A DNA stretch of 64,000 bases from Octopus bimaculoides. Its lineage: Eukaryota. Every line of letters begins with the position of its first letter. The stretch's first letter is position 1. The position numbers and the translations under genes were made by a program. The DNA is taken from NCBI RefSeq assembly GCF_001194135.2, contig NC_068991.1, positions 17,042,910-17,106,909 of the forward strand. The letters run 5' to 3'. Below are positions 35,514 to 64,000 of the stretch, one piece after another. The notes beneath the pieces are model-generated. The model was not told the origin of the DNA. It did not search any database and saw nothing but the letters and a program-made list of their open reading frames with translations.

Positions 35514-38500
35514 CATATATTATAATTCCTTCATATATAACTATAGGACACTGTAGTCTTTTAAAATTTTCAAACATTAGTTTATGACGTGTTGCATGTT
35601 GCCATTTGATATAACAAGTGATGCACAATACTGCAGCTGTTGCAGTTTTTGCACATAGGGTGTCTGTTGTTCAAAGAACATATTAATTCTTTTTTTTTTT
35701 TCAAAGTGGTTTTTGTTATGTTAAATAGCAGGGATCTATCTTCTGGAAAATTGATTGTTTTTATTGTTTTCTAATGATATATATGTATTTGTTTTTAAAA
35801 GCTGCATTTTTGTGCATTATTATGGCAGTACAATGAGAAATATTTGCTAATGTGAGTTTTTTTTTTTTTTGCAATAGGTAAATAGACACAAGTATTGGGA
35901 TTCTGATCAACACATTTTAACACGCCTCTCCACTTGTTGCCATCATTTGGCTTCTCTTTTATCCATCCACCCATTATTCATGATAAAGTCATAGTAGTAG
36001 AGTCCTCAAGCATCTTCCCCATAGAGTTCCATCAGAAGCAACCATCATTAGACTTTCCTGCTGGATTCCCAAGTTTGACTAGCTGAGATTGTGGATATTA
36101 TCCATCCATCTTGTCTTTTGTCTACTCTTTTAGCTCAACTTGAAGAATTCATCGTGATTCTTTCCTGTGACATTTTAATCACATGTCTGTACTGCTGGAC
36201 CTGTGACCTTTTAATGTGGTGATGCAGTGACTCGACCTGGAGAAACTCTCTGATCTTCAAGTTATGCACCCTGTCAAGTAATGATCCTTCAGAGGAACTC
36301 CATTTTGGCTACTTGTATTCATAATTTTACTCGACAATTACCCAACATTCATGACCATAGGTGAGGATAGACATGAAAACTGAACAGTTTCCCTCTTCTG
36401 AAGACTCCTACTTGTATTTTTTTAATACTTTTTCACTCAACCATTATTCTTTTTGTGCTTCACATCCCTATACTGTTACTATCATCTCTCTCATACACTT
36501 TACAAATACTTCTGGTGCCTAACTTTTCTCTCAGTACACTTGTGCTGGCTGACATTACATATCCATCAAAGTTTGCTCACCTCATTTCTTTCAAGCTTTC
36601 CAATATCCTCCACATTCATCACCCTTGCCATGTTAAGCCTCATACAATCCGTTCTTTCATTTGGAGAGTGAGCACTTTCCTGTCAACAAAGATCATAATT
36701 GTCTGAATTTTACCTTCCTTTCTTTGTTTCAGTTTCCGTCTAGCAAATTCACTCACAAGGCTTTGGTCAGCCAGGGGCTTTATTCCAAGGTGTCACAGTG
36801 AGACGATGTGATTCACACACTCACACCTGTACACTCTTCTGGGCAATTCAAGTTTCATTTTTCAGGAGCTCTTCCTGATAATTACTCTTGTGTATCTGTT
36901 TCAAATGAAATCTCTCTTCTGTCAGCCTAAGATCCTACATCATCTTTTGTGTACTCCTTTTATGCATATTGAGCATTGCTACTTCCCCGTTGGTTGTTTT
37001 GTTTTATTTTTCTGCTAACACTTCTCCATTTACTAAATTAACCTTTACTACTCTTAACTCTAGATTTTGTTTCTACCTTTGGAACTTTTCAACTGATTCA
37101 GCTATGAGTGTACATGAGTTCTCACCAACAACCAGTTTTGAACTCTTCTCTTATGGCTTGGAGAAGTATATAAAAATGAGTGGACTGAGTCCTAATGGAC
37201 ACATTCTTGCACACTAAATTCCATTCTGAGCCTCATTACTCGCTTCCACTTTGCTAACAACAGCTCTGACCCATATTTACACAACTTCCACAAACCATTC
37301 CTTTCTGCCCAAGCTCCATTTTGTCTGTATTGGCATGGTTTCTATGACTGGATGCCCTTCCTAATGCCAACCACTTTATAGAGTGTGCTTTTTACATGGC
37401 ACTGGCATGGGTGCTTCTATGGTGTACATGGCACCAGCACATGTATAAATATATATAGAGATGCATATGAATGAGGACAGTTGCATCAAGAGGAACCGAT
37501 CTCTAATTGTGGGGTGGGTAGACCCAGGAAGATGTGGGACAAAGTGGTGAGAAAAGACCTACAAATGTTGGGACTCACAGAGTAGGGGCAGGGGACCAAG
37601 ACTGCTGGCGGTTTGTTGTGCTTGGAAAGATACGTCAAGCTAAGTAAAAGTGTGGTTACCCTTGCAACCCTCTCCAGCTGACCGTCTCTAATTGTACTGC
37701 ACAAAAGTACCCAGTACACTCTATAAAGTGGTTGGTGTTAACAAGGGCATCCAGTTGTAGAAACCATGTCAAAACAGACATGGAGCCTGAACAGCCCTTC
37801 AACTGGTCGGCTCCTGTCAAACTGTCCAACCCATGTTAGCATGATGATGATATATATTTATGTCTAGCAAATTCACTCACAAGGCTTTGGTCAGCCAGAG
37901 GCTTTATTCCAAGGTGTTACACAGTGAGATGATGTGATTAGGAAGCAAGCTTCTTAATCACACACCTATGCCTGTACCTAATATGTAAGCTAGAATTTAT
38001 TCAATCCAACAAAAATTACTGAAAACACCCCACCACCATCGCTTCATAGTAGGGGGACATGAACCATAAAGCTGGTGATAGTGCAGCCACATCTTATGAA
38101 AGTTAATGCAGAGGTTGGATTTCGGTAAAATAAGTACCAGTAATATATTATTGATTATTGTGATATAGTGGCTAAAATGCTTTATACCATTTATTCTGCA
38201 TTGCTTTATATCTTGAATTCATAGAAAATCTGCTTCAATAAACACTGTCCTACCTATGCAAGCATGGAAAAGTGGATGTTAAAACAGTTATAATGATGAT
38301 GGATGAGATGTTTCGTGGCATTTGTTTTAGTTCTTTGTGTTCTGACAGCAATGACACTGTTGTTATGCTGTGCCAGTCCAAGTTGGTGGCCTTTTCCTTG
38401 GATAAACATTTGTGGTGTGGAGAGAGGAGACTTGCCTACTTAGGTAACTGTTAGTCTTTCTCAAAATGTCTTGTCCAAGCCTACACATACTGAAGCAATG

Positions 38501-38622
38501 GAATAATCAACCTTGATCAATAGACGCTCCACATACCACTACATTTTACCAAATTGAGCAGTTGAACCATGCCATTCCTACCAAAATTGAATAATTCTAA
38601 CAAAAAATGGAAAAGAAATATA

Positions 38623-38628
38623 TTTATT
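38623..38628 (-). terminator. Candidate polyadenylation signal (AATAAA) for PSMC6
   Basis: AATAAA on the minus strand about 100 nt after the stop codon. Confidence 0.5.
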
Positions 38629-38729
38629 TTAAAGAAAGGACAAGAACAAAAAATGCACAACTACTATATTCTCAATAGATGTAAAAACTTTGAGTAGTAG
38701 ACAATTGTTGTTAGAATACGGCCTGAAAT

Positions 38730-57283
<18,554 letters not shown>

Positions 57284-58439
57284 TTTTAACTAGTCATGCT
57301 AACCGGTGTAAAATAAAATTAATTACCATTCAATTCTTATTGGAGGCATCAAACTATTATTTCTGGAAAGTGAAACAATATTGAACGTATTTTAATAACA
57401 GAATAATAAAAAAATAATAACGAAAAATATTTATTTAAACATTATTATCTTTAAACATTATAAAATGTTCATTCTTTTTTTCTTTTTTTTTTCTTCAAAT
57501 TAAACTTCACAGAAAAAGAACTCATTTTATAATCCCGCACATAGCTAACTTCCGGTTCTGGAAATTTTACTAATTTCTTTTTTGTAACAAGTTGCGATGC
57601 GTTTTAATTATGTTTCTAGAGTTATATAAGTTTGATTATGAAAATGTAATTACACTGAAAATTTTCCAAATACTTTTCTATAATTTTACTTTTGCTTTAA
57701 AGTGGTTTCTTTCACAAGAGCAGAAATATCACCCACTTCCTACAATATTTAAAGAACGTGTAAAAATGTTATTTTCATACCTCTCCCAAGAGTATTAGTT
57801 CTCTAAACGAAATTATACATATTCCACCTAGAAATGAAACGGTATCACTATCCCACTTCCCCACTGTTTCAAATTTTGTTTCGTTCCTTAGGCAGTCTTT
57901 TGTACAAAGTGCGTTTAATTTAAATGATATATTACACCTATTGACTTTTGAGAAAGAATGGACGAAATAGATATCTATAATTTGAACTTAGAAGCTAATT
58001 GATTGAAACTACTGTTACGTAGCTCCAACGAAGTCGGCCAATTTCATACTAGTTACCTTTTTCTGTGTCATGCCCTTTCCAAACGTTTGAGAGGAAAATG
58101 TGCAGGGACATCATTTCAGAGGACCGACAATCTGGGGGGGGGGGAGGCTAAACGAAGTGGTTAGTACGAGGTCTGAGGAACTGGACCCAATACTGGTGAC
58201 AAGAAAATGAGAGATGATTGTGCTGGAAGTGCCTTTATAAGAATGGTATAAGACAATTTAGCTGCAGGAACAAAGACCATTGTGGTAGGCAGAGAGAAGA
58301 GACAGCACATCTCTGGGTCAGAAGCAGGAGTGCACTTTTTTTTTACTTTATGTGATTTTAGTATGTGCTCTCCTTTCAGAACCACTTGGATTTAGAGTTT
58401 TTTTTAGGTCAAGACGAAAATCCAGTCTTTCGTTGGCTT

Positions 58440-59150
58440 CCTGGGGGACTCCATCTCGTTTGCCTCTGTTGCGGGTGAGAATGTCGAAATTGTTGACCGC
58501 TTCACTCATCCCGGCAGGGTAGCGCATAACAGCATTAGCTGCGTGTCTGAAGTCTTAAAAGACCTGGACGTACTGGTGCAGTTATGGATTCACTAGACAA
58601 GGGTGTTTGGCGATGCTGATATCTGAGCAGTAGGACAAAGGTTCGAGTCTTCAGGTCTCTGGTCCTCCCTGTCTTGTTAAGTGATTTGGACACTGTCCGG
58701 GGACCTGACCTCCTTTGTACCAGGACATTTCGCAAGGTAATGGGTTACCACTGGTTGGATATTGTATCCAACCAACGACTTTATTCAGAAACTGGGATGC
58801 ATACTGTTACTTGTATGATTCAAGAGCGTAAGTTCAGCCTGTTTAGTCATGTTGCTGGATTTTCCGAATTGGATCTTGCGTACCGTGTTCTCTTCTCCAA
58901 GGATCCGGCTGCAGTGACGGCTCGTGTTAGTTGACCACATTCCACATGATCACAGCGACTGAGGAAGTATTTCGTAGAGATAGGGACTGGATGAGACACT
59001 GCTTGGTATGTTGCCCAGGATAATCAGAGCAAGTACCGATAAAGGGTGGATGCAACGACAGGCTGCACTGACACATGTCGGTATATGGAGCGGCAAAACG
59101 TCCCAGTTGTGAGAGCAACCCCGTTGTAGATCTGGATTTAACTTTGTAGG
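58440..59150 (+). mobile_element. Degenerate RTE-type LINE 3' portion
   Basis: Frameshifted GENVEIVDRFT...MDSLDKGVWRC..SRTKVRVFRSLVLPVLL...MGYHWLDIVSNQRL.ETGM..VTCMIQER.FSHVA. Confidence 0.8.
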
Positions 59151-59239
59151 GGATAAATTGTTGCAAAAAGAAGTTTGTTTGGTTTGTTTGTTCTTTTATT
59201 ATTGTTTTGTTTCTTTTTTTTTTCTTTTTTTGTTCCAGA

Positions 59240-60000
59240 GAGAAATCCTAATCTTTCTGGTGCAATATTTTGCTCTGTTGAGGATAGGCATTCGCTATGG
59301 GGAGATCTTCAGGGATGGTGAGTAGCTAGCATTAATAGACACCTAGAAATTTCTGCTTAGGTGCTACTTGTACATAGGGGCGGGATCCAATATTGTTTTC
59401 TTGATATTCGTTGTGACTATCTCTCTACTGAAGAAATTATTGCTTTTTGAAGTTATTTTTGAGACTATGGTGTCAGTGCAAGTTTGATGTGAAATGTCTA
59501 GGGTTAGAGTTAGGATGATACTTTGGTGTGGAATGATATTGTGTAAGAATGAGTAGATTTGGAGGTAACAACTAGCAGTTCGTTAAGTGTGCATCAGAGA
59601 GACATCCAAAACGCGCCGGCTTGGAGCAATCTGGAAATGATTAGAGCTTATGGGTAGGCAGTTTTGAATGAATCACGTGTCAGGCACGGTTGACTGCATT
59701 TCTGATTTCAAGTGTACTAACAATGTTTTCATCAAATTTCTCGCCGGGGAGGACGGGGGCCAATTGGCAGTTGACGATAGGGTGTTGGCTGGTAGGGTCA
59801 GAGAGATTACTCTTCTTGGAAATGGAATACACTGTAGCGTGCTTCAAAAGATTAGAATTTACCCAGAGAGTGGGAAGAATGTATGTGTGTAAGGGGATTG
59901 AACAGTTTGGCCAGGATAGGGTCTAGCTCTAGCATGTTTTGTTGGCAGACATTGGGAGGGAAGTTGCCAGGAGGGAAAGAAGAATCACCATTCTTAATAA
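59240..60000 (-). mobile_element. Heavily decayed CR1/L2/Jockey-group LINE RT fragment
   Basis: Minus-strand pieces ELDPILAKLFN, VYSISKKSNLSDPTSQHPI, LTLDIS and YPQQS correspond in order to RT motifs LAPILAKLFN / PIPKKG..SDPSNYRPI / ALDISKAFD / VPQGS. Confidence 0.55.
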
Positions 60001-60513
60001 GGAAGCCTCCACATGTCGCGTTCACTCAGCAGGAACAAAAGCCAAACTTCTTCCAAAGTACACCTCACCATCCCATCTAAAAAGACATACTAATTACGAA
60101 AAGCGACGGGATTATTGTGGCTGGAATAACCACGACCACAGGTCCGCTCGAACAGAAACAATACAGAAGAAACAGGAAGAATTCTTGCCGAGTAAGGCAA
60201 GGGAGTGAACCCCGAACTTCAATTTGATCAACCGACCTACTTCAAAAATGACATCATACTCCTATTTAAACCAACTAATTGATAATATTCATACATTTTT
60301 CATGCCTAAAAGCGATACCTAAAAGTCAATTATTATAATCGTTGACAGAAAAAAAATTAAGCATTGTAAAGAAAAATTAATGAAGTTCTATTATGAGAAG
60401 TTTCGTTTCGTTTTGTGTCATAAGCTGAGAACTGTTTCGTTCCAGTTGTATGCATTCCTTTAAAATTTTTTCATCAACTTCTCCAATGTGTGTATATTTA
60501 GTTAAAAGCTACA

Positions 60514-60627
60514 ATGGCTGCTGACGATGACGGGAAACAATCTCTGAATATCCGAAACTTACCTAAAGAAGTTTTCAACAAAATCCTCACTTATTTACAG
60601 TTTCAGGAAGTCAGCGAAATACGTCTG
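60514..60627 (+). CDS. FBXO28: First coding exon of an F-box protein, FBXO28-like (MAADDDGKQSLNIRNLPKEVFNKILTYLQFQEVSEIRL|)
   Basis: ACAATGG start context and F-box signature LP-E(V/I)---IL-YL. It aligns by eye with human FBXO28 LPIVAIENILSFMSYDEISQLRL. Phase-0 donor CTG|GTTCGT. Downstream exons were not found in the window, so the symbol is tentative. Confidence 0.65.
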
Positions 60628-61159
60628 GTTCGTATAGTTTCTAGCATTTGTCCTTGTCATGATTGTTAACACTGATTTGTAGTCTTGAACATCCGATGAG
60701 GTTGGTTGATCGGCACACAAAAAAAAAAAATAATAAATAAATAAAATAAAACAATAAAGAAATAAAATAGTATTTCACCAACAATTTAATGATCATTAAT
60801 ATTTCTATTTATATATTTATCTATTATTTCCTTTTTTACAAGGCAACTTGCTTAATATCCGTCATAGCCACTCTCAAGACGAGATACATGCAATCTCAGC
60901 TATTAATTAGTTAGTCTGCAATAATAACCAATTAAATCTTTTGACTTGTTTTTCTAACCTTCACCCTCACAACAGCTGAACTCTGTAGTAACACAGTCTT
61001 TAAAAAAAAATAAGATCTGCTGTGAATAATCAATCGATATATCGACCAGCACCTAAACCTAATGACAGGCGAAAAATTTAAGCGATTTGATTATGTCCCA
61101 CAATCTTTGGAATTGCTCATTATTTTGCCATAAGCATCATACACAATATATTCTTCCGC

Positions 61160-63210
61160 CTCTTCCACTTGGAACAAACATGGCCTATAGACATGACAGC
61201 AAACAAGGGTGCCGCTAAAGTAGTCGCTCGTTCTGCTAGAGATAGCAACTAAATTTTCCTCAGCTAACAGGAAGGACAAATTGGGTCATGTAATTTTAGG
61301 TATAGTACTTGTCTGTAAAAAAAAAATATCTTAGCAAAAAGAAAAAAATGGTTTGATCATAGATTTATCTGATCGATCGGGGTTGACCTGGGGTTAAATA
61401 ACAGCAGGGACAGTACAGTATACACAGTCACTGTTTTTGTTAAGATTTAAGGTGCTATGCATATTTAAAACAGTTTAAATAACAATTTCACTTTTATTAA
61501 ATCTGTCTGGATAAAAAAAAAACATGGTCCAACGTGGTCGCTTGGTCTGCTAGTTATAGCAACTAAATTTTCCTCGGCTAATACATTCATTGCTTTATCT
61601 TATCTGCATAAATTTTTTTTTAATGCAATATAAATAAATAAACGGTATGGTTATTCCCTGGAAATCCTTCGATCAGGGCTAATATTCCTTTGACCTGGGG
61701 TTACACAACATCAACACCAACAACGTTAACTATACATTTACACGATCACTTTTCTGTAAAGATTTAAGGTTTTATGCTTGTCAAAGTAGTTTTAAAATAA
61801 TAATTCCATTATTAAACCTGATTGTCTGCATAAAAATGTCTTGGACATTTTTTTTTGTAAACAATTCGGACGCATAAATTCGTTAGTGACTTTATATGGA
61901 TCTGTCTATTTTTTTTTTTGTAATAAAATTCTTGATACATTAATAATGCCTTATTCCCCCCTCTCCCTTCTCCATTTAAATTATTACTTTCAAATTCTTC
62001 CACTACTGAAGCAGCTTTTTTTTTTAACGTTTTTAGATTATTTATCATCAGTCGATGGAATTATGGGTTTGTTGTTATTGTTGTTTTTTTTTAACCCTAG
62101 GTCAACCTCGATCAAGCAGACCTATGATCGAAGACATTTCAGTCGTAACCACCCCGTCTTTGTCGGGGTGTTTTTTAAGGCGGAGCATGGTGCGCGCGTA
62201 TGTGTGTGATTCGAAAGGAATTAGACTGCTATTTCTAGCAGATCGAATGACAACGCAGCGATCTCCTTGTTGAGTACCAGGATAGCTGGTTTCGAGTATA
62301 TATTTAATTCTCTATCTTAGTAGTTGTCCTTTAGATCCAGGTCGACTTTTTACCGAACAGATCGATGATCAAAAGATATTCTAGCTGTGATCTCATCCCG
62401 TTCCATCTCCTTTTCTGGGATATTTGCGACTTACGCTATCCGATTTCTCCCTTCCTTTTGTTGTTGTTTGTTTAGATTCAGGTTAACTTTAATCAAAGCA
62501 TTCCAGCCATGACTATCCTATCTTAATTTTCAAATTCCAAGCAATATATTCAGAATTACCTTGTCCAACGTATCCCTCTTTTCTTAAGATGGTAAGATGA
62601 GTTATTTCTAGCAATCACGAAGAAACTCTGTTGTTGCTTAGCCCCAGGGCAGCTCTGGCTGGTCGAGCAGACGTATGATCGGAGGTAAACCATCTATAAC
62701 CATCCTGTATTTTCAGCCGTATCCGTTCACTACATTATCCGATGTGAAATTCCCCTTCCTTTTTTTTGGAAGGGCTGCTATTTCTAGCGTGTTAAGCAAC
62801 CGCATGGACACTCCATTGGCTCGTTACGTTCTTAGTAGTTCAAACTGCGGGATATGACTTAACATATCACCAGTGGTGAATATGTTTAAATAAGGTACCG
62901 GTTATGATTTAGGGGGTCGCCCGAGGAGGGGATAGTCCAGTCGACAATACACACTTCTTCTTCCGAGAAATTGTGCCAGTGTGAGAATTACAATATTTGA
63001 AATGCGTCATTGTTTTTACTACTATTGTTTCGCCCCCGGTCAGCTCTGATCGAGCAGCCCGACGATCAAAGACTTTCCTGTCGTGACCGTTCCGTCATTT
63101 CCTATGTGCAAGAGAACCAAGAACTACATTATTTAACATGTCCTTATTTTTTTTAACCCTGCAAAGTGTAATTTGAGGGAGATTTGGCTGTTATTTTTAG
63201 TAAGTCGAGC
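61160..63210. repeat. Cluster of about 7 copies of dispersed repeat family D in FBXO28-like intron 1
   Basis: Motif TTAGCCCCAGGTCAGC..TGATCGAGCAGACCTATGATC...GGAGATTTGGCTG-TATTTCTAGCAG in both orientations. Also at about 13782-13980, 20340-20600, 44650-44830 and 56130-56870. Confidence 0.7.
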
Positions 63211-64000
63211 GAAAATGCGTCATTAAATATGAGCAGTTAAGGCTGTTGGATACTCGAATCTGCGATCAGATTTCGTTCTTAATTGTTGTCATTTTGCTTA
63301 TATCATTAATTAATAATTTTCGTTAAGTACTTCATAACTTTATTTATTTCCCTTACCCACTTCCATTCCCCTTTTGGTCCTGACACTTCGTGTCTTTTTA
63401 TTTCGTAAGAAATTTATATTTAAATCTTGCATTTCTTTCTAATTTTGGCACTAGGCCAGTGCTCAACTGTTTATAGACTCTGAAAGGTTGAAAGGCAAAG
63501 TCAACCTCGGCGGAATTTAAACTCAGCGTAGAGAACCAGGAGGAATGCCGAGCATTTAAACTGATGTACCAATGTTTCGTCCCGCTCGCTTCCTTTTAGT
63601 TCAATCTAATGATTTCAGAATTTAGCACAAGGCCAGCAATTTCGAGGGAGGGGGCAAGTCGATTAAGTCGACCCCAGTGCTAGAGTGGTACTTTTTTTTT
63701 TTTTATTGACCCCTAAAGGATGAAAGGCAAAGTTGACCTTGGCGGAATTTGAACTCAGAACGTAAAGTCGGACGAAACGCCGCTACGTACTTTATCCGGT
63801 GTGCTAGCGATTCTGCCAGCTCGTCGCCTTAGTTCAATCTAAGATGGTGTCGGAAATACGAGGGGAAATGAAAAAAAAAATCCTTTGATACATGTATGTT
63901 TGTTTGCATAATCCCTCATTCTGCTATTATAGAAATCACTTGAACAGAATCGGGTGAGCTTTTTATTCTATCCCTCGAGCTGCTGAAGATAGCAGCTAAA

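Noticed and set aside
57548-57558. ETS-type AACTTCCGGTT motif upstream of PSMC6
   Set aside because: A plausible housekeeping motif, but it is short and sits in a stretch with degenerate sub-repeats that may be a MITE; not supportable alone. I also found no clear ARE/PACE element.
59498-59514. Telomere-like TAGGGTTAGAGTTAGG
   Set aside because: Fewer than three imperfect units, inside the decayed LINE fragment.
60843-60910. Acceptor-like site as F-box exon 2
   Set aside because: The phase-0 translation reaches a stop and shows no similarity to the expected VC(K/R) continuation.
63933-63953. Possible 21-nt micro-exon (ag|AAATCACTTGAACAGAATCGG|gtgag) of the F-box gene
   Set aside because: It lies just after a mariner-like TIR start (TA-CGAGGGG at 63857), and KSLEQNR does not continue the F-box helix.

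Overview
AT-rich animal genomic DNA with dense microsatellites and about ten N-gaps. The SINE, RTE-LINE and MITE content is most consistent with an octopus or other cephalopod (inference from repeat content, not a database result). Three protein-coding genes are supported. (1) A single-coding-exon, 1570-aa C2H2 zinc-finger gene on + (30093-34805) with 17 fingers. (2) A complete 11-exon PSMC6/Rpt4 26S-proteasome AAA-ATPase gene on - (57283 down to 38730; 1191-nt CDS, 396 aa; all GT-AG boundaries and phases checked by hand). (3) The first coding exon of an F-box gene resembling FBXO28 on + (60514-60627), head-to-head with PSMC6. The rest is mostly transposon material: at least five SINE or retro-tail families, RTE and CR1-group LINE fragments, a broken Tc1 DD34E transposase, two hAT MITEs with 8-bp TSDs, Tc1/mariner MITEs, a Merlin-like deletion derivative, HINE-like elements and two long fold-back palindromes. 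The most striking observation is the zinc-finger protein. Its N-terminal finger triplet and its C-terminal triplet, 1265 aa apart, carry identical base-contacting residues although codons and scaffold residues have diverged. This suggests a two-handed DNA-bridging or looping factor. Secondary leads are non-canonical residues in the last Rpt4 exon (one restorable by A-to-I editing), an in-frame stop-less PSMC6 exon 4-8 circle bracketed by inverted repeats, a minimal uORF before the PSMC6 ATG, and a tRNA-Thr-like cassette clamped by inverted repeats. No CRISPR array, rRNA or prokaryote-like operon is present.
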